From positions 96,001 to 160,000 of the IMG/VR virus record IMGVR_UViG_3300026097_001223: a stretch of 64,000 nucleotides of DNA. One strand, given 5' to 3'. Shown here piece after piece: positions 25,250-34,102 of this stretch (position 1 is the first letter of the stretch; each line of letters begins with the position of its first letter). A program made the position numbers and the translations under genes. This DNA comes from a virus. The notes under the pieces were generated by a model. It ran no database searches and was not told the DNA's origin. It was given only the letters and a program-made list of their open reading frames with translations.

Positions 25250-26860
25250 ATGAAAAAATCTATTCTCTCCATTGGCCTATTGGCCGTGTCTCTTTCTACG
25301 TCAGCAGAAACCACTGACATAACAATTTATGTTACTCGAACACCAGTTGAACAAAGCATTGACACCAGGAGTTATACTAGAGCGGACTCTTTAGAACAAC
25401 TGGAACAGTCTCCGGGTATTAATATTGTGCAGAGCGGACCGCGTGGACAAAATACCAGCATGTTTGCACGAGGCACAGAAAGTGACCATACACTGCTTGC
25501 TATCAACGGCATGCCTATCAAAGATCATAGCACTATATCTGGCAGTGATGACATTGGACAACACAGTTTGGCTGGTATTGATCAACTGTTGTTTATACGA
25601 GGTCCAGCCGGTAGCGCCTATGGGCCCAATGCTGTAGGAGGTGCTGTTGACTTTATCAGTCGCGGCACAGGCGACAGTGTATCAGCATCAACTGGTACCT
25701 ATGGTTATAAAAATCTGTATGGCAGTAAACGTTTTGCAAAGGATTCCTTTGCTGGTAGCATTGCTGTTGAAACAGAACGTGCCAATGGCATTGATGTTCA
25801 GGACAACGGTGATCAGGACAGCTACACCAAGAAAAACATAAACCTGTATGGCAGTTGGATGCTGGATCAAGGCGACTTGTACTTGAACTATATCCAGTCA
25901 GACAATAGCAGTGACCTAGATGGATGGAACGAAACCAGTAACTGGCAGTTTGATAACACACAACTTGGCTACGAAACACAAAGTGCTCGGATCGTCTACA
26001 ATCAAGCAAATCATAAACGCATCTATGATACTTCCAGTGTGTATCTCAGCTCTGACGCTAGACTGTTGACTGAAAAAACCTGGAATCAATGGACAGTGAG
26101 CCTAGAGCACAGCAATCATGAGTACGACAGCAACAGTCGAACTGAGCAAGGGGCAGCTGTTGCTTATAATGATCAGTGGCTAAGTGCCGAATTGCGATCC
26201 GATGACACTGAGCTAGGGTCATTTGCCAGCTGGAGACTGGGCGTTTCTCACAGTGGTTTGCGAGCCAGCGTCGCCAACGGATTTAGAACCCCCAGCCTCT
26301 ATGAAGTCTACGGTGATGATTTGTATGTAGAAGAAAACACAGGCCTGCAAGCAGAATATATCACTGCATATGAATTGGGATATAGAAACAGCTGGGTTGA
26401 TACTGCTTTGTTTTTCAACCAAGAAACAGACAGGATCACATACATCACTGATCCAGAGACCTATGTAGGACAGTACACAAACAACATCAAAGACACTGTT
26501 CGTACACACGGAGTTGAAACATCTCTTACCAAAACTGTGGACGATGTTACTGTGAATTACAACTATACCTATACCTGGAGTGATGCAGACAAGCTGAGAC
26601 AGCCAGCTCACATGCACAACCTTGCTCTTTTATATGGCAGTGTAACATATAGTGCACAGTATATAGGATCGCACCTGGACACTGACAGCAACACGTTTAC
26701 TACAGTGAACATGAATGATGTGCTGTTACAGAATTTGTCTTACAAGAAAAAATGGTTCACTGTGACGGTAAATAATATCACTGATCAACAGTATCAACGT
26801 CCAGATGGGTATCAACAATACGGACGCACTATCACATTAAAGGCAGATTATGAATTCTAA
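25250..26860 (+). CDS. btuB: TonB-dependent vitamin B12 receptor, BtuB-like
   Basis: Signal peptide; plug LEQSPGINIVQSGPRGQNTSMFARGTESDHTLLAING; FIRGPAGSAYGPNAVGGAV; NGFRTPSLYE; terminal Phe; riboswitch upstream. Confidence 0.88.
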   Translation: MKKSILSIGLLAVSLSTSAETTDITIYVTRTPVEQSIDTRSYTRADSLEQLEQSPGINIVQSGPRGQNTSMFARGTESDHTLLAINGMPIKDHSTISGSDDIGQHSLAGIDQLLFIRGPAGSAYGPNAVGGAVDFISRGTGDSVSASTGTYGYKNLYGSKRFAKDSFAGSIAVETERANGIDVQDNGDQDSYTKKNINLYGSWMLDQGDLYLNYIQSDNSSDLDGWNETSNWQFDNTQLGYETQSARIVYNQANHKRIYDTSSVYLSSDARLLTEKTWNQWTVSLEHSNHEYDSNSRTEQGAAVAYNDQWLSAELRSDDTELGSFASWRLGVSHSGLRASVANGFRTPSLYEVYGDDLYVEENTGLQAEYITAYELGYRNSWVDTALFFNQETDRITYITDPETYVGQYTNNIKDTVRTHGVETSLTKTVDDVTVNYNYTYTWSDADKLRQPAHMHNLALLYGSVTYSAQYIGSHLDTDSNTFTTVNMNDVLLQNLSYKKKWFTVTVNNITDQQYQRPDGYQQYGRTITLKADYEF

Positions 26861-27338
26861 TATACGACTTTTTTTATTTTTAGCAGGGGCACTGTTTTTA
26901 TTTAGAATTGTGCCGCATCCTCCAAACTTTACACCTGTTATCGCGGCAACTGTGTTTGCCGCGTGTGCAGGACAGCGTTTTTGGGAAACCATGGCTGTGG
27001 TGCTACTGGCAATGTTTGTGAGTGATTTGTTTTTAGGATTACATGCTGGTATGCTGTGGGTATACGCCAGCCTGGTACTTGTGTTCGTGACCTCAAGGTA
27101 TATGAGTTTACTTGCAAGCACACTGATTGGACCTACAGTATTTTTTGTGTCTAGTAATTTTGCAGTATGGTTGAGCGGATGGTATCCTATGACCCTTGAA
27201 GGGTTGATTACTTGTTATGTGGCTGCCATACCATTTTATGCGACCAGCTTGACTGCGACAGTGTTCTATGTTATATTATTTAAAATAATGCAACGTTATC
27301 TCGCAGTAGCTCAGCAGGATAGAGCATCGGACTTCTAA
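26850..27338 (+). CDS. DUF6580-like putative vitamin transporter (ECF S-component-like membrane protein)
   Basis: RIVPHPPNFTPV; SDLFLG; FFVSSNFAVW; CYVAAIPF; about 5-6 TMs; start overlaps the btuB stop. Confidence 0.75.
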   Translation: MNSNIRLFLFLAGALFLFRIVPHPPNFTPVIAATVFAACAGQRFWETMAVVLLAMFVSDLFLGLHAGMLWVYASLVLVFVTSRYMSLLASTLIGPTVFFVSSNFAVWLSGWYPMTLEGLITCYVAAIPFYATSLTATVFYVILFKIMQRYLAVAQQDRASDF

Positions 27339-27376
27339 TCCGAGGGTCGCAGGTTCGAATCCTGCCTGCGAGGCCA
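27300..27376 (+). tRNA. tRNA-Arg(UCU)
   Basis: CTCGCAG/CTGCGAG acceptor; TCGGA-CTTCTAA-TCCGA; D-loop GGATA (A20); encoded CCA. Confidence 0.93.
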
Positions 27377-27417
27377 ATTATTCCTCTTGCCGCTAAGTAC
27401 AAAAATAGGAAAAAATC

Positions 27418-27666
27418 ATGAACTTTTTTATCATAGTACTATTAAGCGGATCGGTCAATGGAGCCGAAGAGTATTTTATTGTAACTGATCCAACATTTGA
27501 AACCATGGAACAGTGCGCAGATCATGGCGTTAACAACCAAAGTTCAGTGTTACAGGGCATGTACAATGCTACGGGTAGAACAAACTGGGACACAATAGCC
27601 TGCGTTGATAAAGAAAGATTACAATACATGTTAAGAAATATAAAACCAGAAGGTATAGATGCATAA
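27418..27666 (+). CDS. Small exported or membrane protein
   Basis: Hydrophobic N-terminus; F.TMEQC motif; TAAGTA at 27394. Confidence 0.55.
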   Translation: MNFFIIVLLSGSVNGAEEYFIVTDPTFETMEQCADHGVNNQSSVLQGMYNATGRTNWDTIACVDKERLQYMLRNIKPEGIDA

Positions 27667-28420
27667 AACTCCAGAAAACATAAGCAATTGGATAAAAACC
27701 TACGCTGAAGATGCTGGACTCGAAACTCTAGTGGTAGGTGTAAGTGGCGGCATTGACAGTGCTGTAGTGAGCACACTGTGTGCAATGACTGGCATGAACA
27801 CAGTGGTAGTGAGCATGCCTATTAGACAAAAGGACGAGCAACATGAACTCAGTGTTGATCATTGTTTGGCATTGCTTGAAAGATTTCCAAATGTTCACTG
27901 GGACACTGTGAATCTCACTGAAGCGTTTGAACAACTAGAAACACTGTTTGCAAACACGCAATACAACAGTGAATTAGCATTTGCCAACAGCCGCAGTAGA
28001 CTGAGAATGATCACACTGTACCAAATTGCAGGAAGCACTCGCGGACTTGTGGTGGGCACTGGCAACAAGGTTGAAGACTTTGGCGTTGGGTTTTACACCA
28101 AGTATGGCGATGGCGGTGTTGACATTTCGCCCATTGCAGACCTAACAAAAACTCAAGTTTGGGAAATGGGAAAAACAATCGGCGTCGATCAACGCATCAT
28201 TGATGCCAAGCCCACCGACGGATTATGGGACGATGGTCGAAACGACCAGGATCAATTAGGCGGATTGACCTATTCACAATTAGAAGAAGCCATGCGCCTA
28301 GCAGATGCAGTGCGAGCAGGTGCTCCTCTAGAAGCGCATGAAAAACGACTGCTAGACAAGTACAACGAGATTCGCAAACCAAACCTGCACAAGATGAATC
28401 CAATTCCTGTATTTAAATGA
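27659..28420 (+). CDS. nadE: NH3-dependent NAD+ synthetase
   Basis: VVGVSGGIDS, NSRSRLRM.TLY, GTGNKVE, GFYTKYGDGGVD.SPIADLTKTQV, PTDGLW. Confidence 0.95.
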   Translation: MHKTPENISNWIKTYAEDAGLETLVVGVSGGIDSAVVSTLCAMTGMNTVVVSMPIRQKDEQHELSVDHCLALLERFPNVHWDTVNLTEAFEQLETLFANTQYNSELAFANSRSRLRMITLYQIAGSTRGLVVGTGNKVEDFGVGFYTKYGDGGVDISPIADLTKTQVWEMGKTIGVDQRIIDAKPTDGLWDDGRNDQDQLGGLTYSQLEEAMRLADAVRAGAPLEAHEKRLLDKYNEIRKPNLHKMNPIPVFK

Positions 28421-29007
28421 GCAACATACCAAAAAATAAAAGCGTTTTAATTTTTGCATATTTTCGAAGTGGTAGCACTGCTCTCTGTGACCAAATTGCT
28501 AAACAATTAAATGTCCCTAATTTTGACGAAGCATTTCATAACTGTTACCCTGACAGAAGAGATGAATTTTTAAAATATTATCCTAAGCGTTGTGTATTCA
28601 AAATCATGGGCGATCAAACTGGAGGGAAGTATACCGCCCAAATTAACAATGCATTCCGAGACTGCTACACTATAAAATTAACAAGACGAGATTTAGCAGC
28701 ACAATGTACAAGCTGGGTTATAAGTCAAATGGGCTACATATGGCATCAATACAAAACTATGCAAATGTCAGATTATACCATTGAAATTGACCATAAATGG
28801 TTTAAGTTATATATAAATCAAATTTTGCAAAGCAATCAACTTATTGATAGTTTTACAAGATATACCAACTTTGACAAACATTTGGTATACGAAGATTTAA
28901 AACCAATTACCGGTGACTATATAAAGCGTAAAAAACCTACTAACTACACGGAAGTATATGATTCGGTTAAAATTATCTTGGAAAGAAATCATGGATATAA
29001 CTTATGA
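28417..29007 (+). CDS. Sulfotransferase-like P-loop protein
   Basis: FRSGSTALC, LTRRDLAAQCTSW, LVYEDL. Confidence 0.6.
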   Translation: MSNIPKNKSVLIFAYFRSGSTALCDQIAKQLNVPNFDEAFHNCYPDRRDEFLKYYPKRCVFKIMGDQTGGKYTAQINNAFRDCYTIKLTRRDLAAQCTSWVISQMGYIWHQYKTMQMSDYTIEIDHKWFKLYINQILQSNQLIDSFTRYTNFDKHLVYEDLKPITGDYIKRKKPTNYTEVYDSVKIILERNHGYNL

Positions 29008-29678
29008 ATCTTGTTGTATTCGGCGACAGTTTTGCTCATGGGATTAATAAAGAACCTTATCGCATGTTAAACGAGGAAAGTAACGCACAAAGCTTTGCGC
29101 AACAGATTGTTGACCAATCTAATGTGTTTTCTGAATGTATAAACAATGGCAAATCGGGAAATAGCAACGGTTGCATTGCCCATGATGTGTACCAATATAC
29201 TCTAGAAAACAATACCAGTAACTGTTTTTTTCTTATTTGTTGGACCACTCCTTTGAGAAGACATCGGTGGAACGGGAAAACTTATGTGCCTTGTAATGCG
29301 CAAATTGCAGAATATACAAATCACAGCAGAATTTATGAAACTCTTAGAGATATTGCACTTGTAGCAAATTTCTTACAGCATAACAATATTCCATACTTGA
29401 TGACTCAAGCATTTGATGACTTAAAAAAATACACACACGACAAAACCATAATGATTCCTAACTGGATAGAATATCCAGCGCCTAATAACACACTTTTTGA
29501 CATCTGCGCAAAAAGGTGGCTCAGTGATGTTGAACACAATGATTACAAAAAAAATCATGCTACGTTTGATGTAGAGACCGAATATCTTGCTGGATGTAAA
29601 CACCCTAACAAACTAGGTCATCAGAAGATTGCAGAAACATTGTTGCCTTACATTTTACAAAAGATTTCAAAAAAATAA
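29004..29678 (+). CDS. SGNH/GDSL hydrolase-like protein
   Basis: VFGDSF, GNSN, HPNKLGHQKIA. Confidence 0.7.
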   Translation: MNLVVFGDSFAHGINKEPYRMLNEESNAQSFAQQIVDQSNVFSECINNGKSGNSNGCIAHDVYQYTLENNTSNCFFLICWTTPLRRHRWNGKTYVPCNAQIAEYTNHSRIYETLRDIALVANFLQHNNIPYLMTQAFDDLKKYTHDKTIMIPNWIEYPAPNNTLFDICAKRWLSDVEHNDYKKNHATFDVETEYLAGCKHPNKLGHQKIAETLLPYILQKISKK

Positions 29679-29691
29679 CCATTATTTGTCA

Positions 29692-29720
29692 TTGACCATA
29701 CATAAAAAAACTGTTATAGT
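29692..29720 (+). promoter_or_regulatory. Sigma70-type promoter of the tRNA cluster
   Basis: TTGACC-17-TATAGT. Confidence 0.7.
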
Positions 29721-29730
29721 TAATCATAAT

Positions 29731-29823
29731 CGAGAAGTGGCCGAGTGGCTGAAGGCGCTCCCCTGCTAAGGGAGTATAGGGTTTGTAGCCCTATCGAGGG
29801 TTCGAATCCCTCCTTCTCGGCCA
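29731..29823 (+). tRNA. tRNA-Ser(GCU)
   Basis: Long variable arm; CTCCC-CTGCTAA-GGGAG; G73; CCA. Confidence 0.93.
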
Positions 29824-29836
29824 ATTTTACATATAT

Positions 29837-29913
29837 GCCGCTGTAGCCCAATTGGCAGAGGCGTCTGGTTTAGGTCCAGAAGGTTGGGGGTTCGACTCCC
29901 TCCAGCGGCACCA
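29837..29913 (+). tRNA. tRNA-Leu(UAG) with a short variable loop
   Basis: GCCGCTG/CAGCGGC; TCTGG-TTTAGGT-CCAGA; variable region only AGGTT; A73; CCA. Confidence 0.85.
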
Positions 29914-29920
29914 TACATTT

Positions 29921-29995
29921 GCGGGTGTAGCTCAGTGGTAGAGCCCTTCGTTGCCAACGAAGCTGTCGTGAGTTCGAATCTCATCACCCGCTCCA
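29921..29995 (+). tRNA. tRNA-Gly(GCC)
   Basis: GCGGGTG/CACCCGC; CTTCG-TTGCCAA-CGAAG; U73; CCA. Confidence 0.95.
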
Positions 29996-30059
29996 CTTAG
30001 AGATATATTCTTTATGTTGAACACAATTTTAATAAAATTTTTTAAAGTTTACATTTATA

Positions 30060-31091
30060 ATGCAATTATCTGATATACAAAGCTTACAATGTGAAATTAC
30101 ATCCTACTGTAATGCAAGATGTCCGCAGTGCCCTCGTTTTGATCAATATGGTAATCTTTATCCTGGCTTGACATTGCAGCACTGGAATCACCGTGATATT
30201 TTAGCAAACATAGATCTTGATCAACTAACCGGTCTAAACTTGGTAAGGATAGAAGGCGACAAAGGCGATCCTGTGATGCATCCAGATTGTTACGATATTG
30301 TAAAATTCTTTGTGCAAGCTCCTAGTAAGCCACTGGTAAGATTGGTTACAAATGGCAGTATTCAAACAGAAGATTGGTGGCACAATCTAGGTGAACTCAG
30401 TAATGAAAATAACTTTGATGTGATTTTTAGCATTGACGGGTTGGAAGATACAAATCATATCTACCGTATAAACACCGACTACAATAAAATCATGAGAAAT
30501 GCCCGTGCATTCATAAATGCGGGCGGGCAAGCTATTTGGAAGTTTTTGGTCTTTAAGCACAACGAACATCAGCTTGATACAATTACCACTCTTGCACAAA
30601 CCATGGGCTTTGCTGCAATTCAAGTTAGAAAGGCCGACGACTATAGATTTCTTGGCAACAAAAGTTTTGTTGTTTACGATAAAGGAAACCCAGTTGGAGA
30701 AATTGAACCTAGCAATATACCAAGAGAACAACTGTTGTATTTTAAATGGTTTAACCAAGAAAAAGAATTTATTCCTAGACATGAGATAGACAAACATTGT
30801 GTTTGGATGAGTCAAGGTAAAATGAACATTACGTTTCAAGGCTATCTCATGCCATGCTGTATGATGCATCATGTGCTCAATGACGTAGACAAAGATCTGG
30901 TAAAACAGACTGTTGAACTCATGCACAATCCCAATGATTTACTTTTGACAAAACACACCGTCGGTACTATACTGAATAGTAAATTTTATAAATATAATCT
31001 AGAAACTCATCTCCAAAGTACTAACCTGCATCCAATTTGCGAAACCAACTGTAGATCACAGATAAAGGACAAACTAATTGCAACTGACTAA
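30060..31091 (+). CDS. Radical SAM protein with a C-terminal SPASM-like cluster
   Basis: ITSYCNARCPQC, GDP.MHP, TNGS, FSIDGLEDTNHIYR, MPCC. Confidence 0.85.
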   Translation: MQLSDIQSLQCEITSYCNARCPQCPRFDQYGNLYPGLTLQHWNHRDILANIDLDQLTGLNLVRIEGDKGDPVMHPDCYDIVKFFVQAPSKPLVRLVTNGSIQTEDWWHNLGELSNENNFDVIFSIDGLEDTNHIYRINTDYNKIMRNARAFINAGGQAIWKFLVFKHNEHQLDTITTLAQTMGFAAIQVRKADDYRFLGNKSFVVYDKGNPVGEIEPSNIPREQLLYFKWFNQEKEFIPRHEIDKHCVWMSQGKMNITFQGYLMPCCMMHHVLNDVDKDLVKQTVELMHNPNDLLLTKHTVGTILNSKFYKYNLETHLQSTNLHPICETNCRSQIKDKLIATD

Positions 31092-31305
31092 TTTATTAAA
31101 ATGGCTGGCTACTGGGATACTGGTAATAGGCACTATATTTAACGCCCTTGGGTATTACCCACTCGGGCCGTATATTCTAGCAACAGGTGGATATGTATGG
31201 CTAATAGTTGCAATTCGTTGGCGTGACTGGGCACTTATACTAACTAATGCTGTAATGAGTACAACAGGATTAGCACTAACACTGTACACAGTGTATTTTA
31301 CATAG
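31078..31305 (+). CDS. Small 3-TM membrane protein (DUF6552-like)
   Basis: KWLATGILVIG...YPLG...VW...WRDWALILTN. Confidence 0.6.
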   Translation: MQLTNLLKWLATGILVIGTIFNALGYYPLGPYILATGGYVWLIVAIRWRDWALILTNAVMSTTGLALTLYTVYFT

Positions 31306-31317
31306 GAAAAACAACAA

Positions 31318-32382
31318 ATGAAAATATCAAAAATCCCAGGGCTGGGTAGATTTGGTGTATTCATCGACGACGTCGATTTTAAAAATATCACAGATGAAGA
31401 ATGGATGGAAATCGGCAAGATCCATTTAGACAGTCTGGTAACCATAATTCGGAACACAAAGCTGGATCCCGATCGCTACAATGAATTGATGTTAAAGTGG
31501 GGCACTCCCCGAGGCGTAGAAAACTTTAATGTATACAAAAAATATGGTATTAACAGCGGAAAAGAGTTTTACGAAAGATGCTTTGCCGAAGATCCCACTA
31601 TTGACCAAAAGCACCGAGAGTGGGGGAAACATCTTTACAGACTAAGTCATCGTCCTGCTCTTTTACGTGTTTCTGGCAAACTGGACGAAGACGGAAATCC
31701 AATTGGCATGTTTGCTGAGGGCGAGCTGTTGTGGCACAGTAATGAGTCTGGTAACTTAACCTTTACGCCGGGTGTGAGTCTATTAGGCCAGGAAAACATG
31801 ATTGGGTCATCCACTGGGTTTGTAACCACAGTTGATTGGTATGAATCGCAGTCAGATAGTTTCCGCAGCGAGCTGGATGAAATGATTGTGCTTCACAAGT
31901 TTACTCCGGGCAAAGTGAATCCAGGCCTGAGAGAAGAACAAGATGTTCTCATGCGAGCCATGTGTGTAGCAGACGATACTGAAATTCCAATGGTAATGAA
32001 CAGTCCAGGTGGATTCACTGGGTTGCACTACAGTGTAAACACAATGGACCGTATCAAAGGAATGACCAAAGAAGAAAGCGATAAAATATTTGATATCATT
32101 GGCAAGGGTATCTTTACTGAAGAAAATATCTACGACCATTGGTACCAGCACGACGATGACCTGTTGTTGTTTGACAATTCAATAACACTGCATCGAAGAC
32201 TGGGCGATGTGAAAGGACGACTTGCATATCGAATTCAGTACGACTATGAAACTGTGCTTGACGAGCCATGGATGCCATATCGTCAAGAGCCTTATCAAAG
32301 TGAATATATTGAACAGATCACTGAACAGGTTGAATTTATGGGACCAAGAAAGTCAAGGTTCAAACTTCCAGAGATCTCTTGA
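31318..32382 (+). CDS. TauD/TfdA family 2OG-dependent dioxygenase
   Basis: LLWHSNE, GSSTGF, W...DLLLFDNSITLHRR. Confidence 0.85.
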   Translation: MKISKIPGLGRFGVFIDDVDFKNITDEEWMEIGKIHLDSLVTIIRNTKLDPDRYNELMLKWGTPRGVENFNVYKKYGINSGKEFYERCFAEDPTIDQKHREWGKHLYRLSHRPALLRVSGKLDEDGNPIGMFAEGELLWHSNESGNLTFTPGVSLLGQENMIGSSTGFVTTVDWYESQSDSFRSELDEMIVLHKFTPGKVNPGLREEQDVLMRAMCVADDTEIPMVMNSPGGFTGLHYSVNTMDRIKGMTKEESDKIFDIIGKGIFTEENIYDHWYQHDDDLLLFDNSITLHRRLGDVKGRLAYRIQYDYETVLDEPWMPYRQEPYQSEYIEQITEQVEFMGPRKSRFKLPEIS

Positions 32383-32407
32383 CACATGCTCTTTTGTCTA
32401 GTACAAT
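32379..32407 (+). promoter_or_regulatory. Sigma70-type promoter
   Basis: TTGACA-17-TACAAT. Confidence 0.7.
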
Positions 32408-32445
32408 AGTAGAACATAAAAGAGTCTATCACCGAGGAGAACATT

Positions 32446-32745
32446 ATGACTGGTTGGATTAACTTGGGCACGTTTGCCTATGGGCTATTGGATGGCACGA
32501 AAAACGCACTGAAAACTGCACCCATGGAATACAAGTATCTGGTCAGCAATCTGCTGGCGGCTATGTGGTGTATTGGATTTGGTATCTACACAGCAGAGTT
32601 GTTGTTCATTGGCTACAACATCATCGGGCACATCGCTCTTATCACCTGTGTGTTCTTCACATTCTTTGTGTTCACCGCAGAACGCAAAACGTCAGAGCCT
32701 GCACCGCCTAATAAGGTTCAATGGGATTTAGAGCGAGAGGGATGA
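32446..32745 (+). CDS. Small membrane protein
   Basis: SD GAGGAG; two TMs. Confidence 0.65.
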   Translation: MTGWINLGTFAYGLLDGTKNALKTAPMEYKYLVSNLLAAMWCIGFGIYTAELLFIGYNIIGHIALITCVFFTFFVFTAERKTSEPAPPNKVQWDLEREG

Positions 32746-32912
32746 GCAAGTTTCGCAACCTACTTGCAGACCTATTCAAAACAGATGAAGAAAAACTGCG
32801 AGATCGTAAACGCCGTGTCCAACATCCACATATAGTTGACAGCAAACGTCACTGGGATTGGGACACGGGATACTCAGACATAGAGGACACCCACAATGAC
32901 AAAAGAAAGTGA
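32742..32912 (+). CDS. Hypothetical protein
   Basis: ATGA overlap; start MSKF. Confidence 0.5.
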   Translation: MSKFRNLLADLFKTDEEKLRDRKRRVQHPHIVDSKRHWDWDTGYSDIEDTHNDKRK

Positions 32913-33156
32913 TAACTTTTATCGTGATGCTAAGTTGGTATTAGTTTGGAGCACTATTGTTACTGTGATTGCTTTATTGTTTTCATTAATTGGACAGTAT
33001 GCATATGCTTCAGAAAACGATTTAGGCTACACTCGGCAGATAAAGTGTGAGCAATCACAAGATGGCAGACAGGTCCAGTGCTGGTTAGTAGAAGTTCCTA
33101 ATCAGCCAGTGCCTGGCATTGACATTTCAACGGGGGCGGAGCGTGAAAAAAATTAA
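32896..33156 (+). CDS. Small exported protein
   Basis: TM or signal segment followed by a Cys pair. Confidence 0.55.
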   Translation: MTKESDNFYRDAKLVLVWSTIVTVIALLFSLIGQYAYASENDLGYTRQIKCEQSQDGRQVQCWLVEVPNQPVPGIDISTGAEREKN

Positions 33157-33478
33157 CTATCCAGGTACAGCCGGCATTGCTCATGACAGTGCCATTGCCG
33201 CTGTAAAAGCAGTGAACGAGGACGACGGGTATGTGATATTGCCGCCTTATTGGTTAGAAGCCAATCAACATGTTGCATCCGTGGCTCCTGGACACGGACA
33301 ACTCAGCAATAATAGTGCTATAGATTACTCAGCGTTTCGAGATGCTGTCAGAGCATTAATCGAAAGTGCAGAACGTGCGGCAGTTGAACTAGCTGGGGAA
33401 CCTGCTCGAGAAATATTTTGGCAGGAGTTTATTACACGCAATGAAACACAAAGTGGAAAAATCTGGGAGGATGAATAG
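33119..33478 (+). CDS. Hypothetical protein (start uncertain, possibly GTG further in)
   Basis: ORF in the operon. Confidence 0.5.
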   Translation: MTFQRGRSVKKINYPGTAGIAHDSAIAAVKAVNEDDGYVILPPYWLEANQHVASVAPGHGQLSNNSAIDYSAFRDAVRALIESAERAAVELAGEPAREIFWQEFITRNETQSGKIWEDE

Positions 33479-33562
33479 TGGAAGACACAGGGTTTGTACT
33501 ATTTTGTTTAGGTATTGCATTTTTGTTAGCAACCATGGTCGCTGATACATAGCATAAAAGTT

Positions 33563-33570
33563 TATAAATA
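33563..33570 (+). promoter_or_regulatory. T4-type late promoter driving tmRNA
   Basis: TATAAATA directly upstream of the acceptor piece. Confidence 0.7.
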
Positions 33571-33574
33571 ACAG

Positions 33575-33895
33575 TATTCGTTGAGACGAAGTAATAGGTT
33601 GACGGACCCGGGTTCGACCCCCGGCTGCTCCACCAAAGATACATCTACAACTCCGAGAGAGTAGACCGAAAGGTGAAATAGTAGGAGACGAACGTGGTGT
33701 ATCTTTGATGGGGCAGATTATGGATTCGACGGCGACTGAAAGGCTTCGTGGAGAATCGTCAAGGCAGAAGACGTTAGGATTGGGGGTTCCCGGTCGAAGA
33801 AGCAAACTAAAGTAAACGCAAACGATGAAAACTTTGCACTTGCTGCCTAACTAGGACAGCGGAGAAACAAGGGATGCTTGGCAACAGAAAGAACC
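33575..33895 (+). ncRNA. ssrA: Circularly permuted two-piece tmRNA (alphaproteobacterial type); ends approximate
   Basis: Acceptor piece ends CCCGGGTTCGACCCCCGGCTGCTCCACCA (33635). Intervening segment closed by CAAAGATACATC/GGTGTATCTTTG. Coding piece starts GGGGCAG..GGATTCGAC (33710); G3-U70 pair; tag ANDENFALAA* at 33818-33850; CTTGGCAACAGAA near the end. Confidence 0.93.
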
Positions 33896-33925
33896 TTGAT
33901 TTTTGTGCACCTGCTAAATATGTGC

Positions 33926-34102
33926 ATGATTTATGTATTGGTGTTAATAGGCGTACTCAACTCTACAGCTGAAGTAGAAACTCTTGGCACATTTACCACC
34001 ATGCAAGAATGTTTTCAAGCACGTGAGCAGGTTGTGGAATCCATTGGGAGACCAATCATCAACTATCAAGCAGTGTGTGTATTACATAAACACAGTCAAT
34101 AA
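33926..34102 (+). CDS. Small exported protein
   Basis: ATG 5 nt after TAAATA (33915); hydrophobic N-terminus; TF.TMQECF...YQAVC. Confidence 0.55.
   Translation: MIYVLVLIGVLNSTAEVETLGTFTTMQECFQAREQVVESIGRPIINYQAVCVLHKHSQ

Noticed and set aside
29837-29913. Amber (UAG) suppressor tRNA
   Set aside because: The anticodon itself is UAG (reads CUA, Leu); a suppressor would need anticodon CUA.
29766-29996. Minus-strand 76-aa ORF
   Set aside because: It is the antisense of the Ser-Leu-Gly tRNA cluster.
33389-33805. Minus-strand 138-aa and 70-aa ORFs
   Set aside because: Antisense to the tmRNA and its promoter region.
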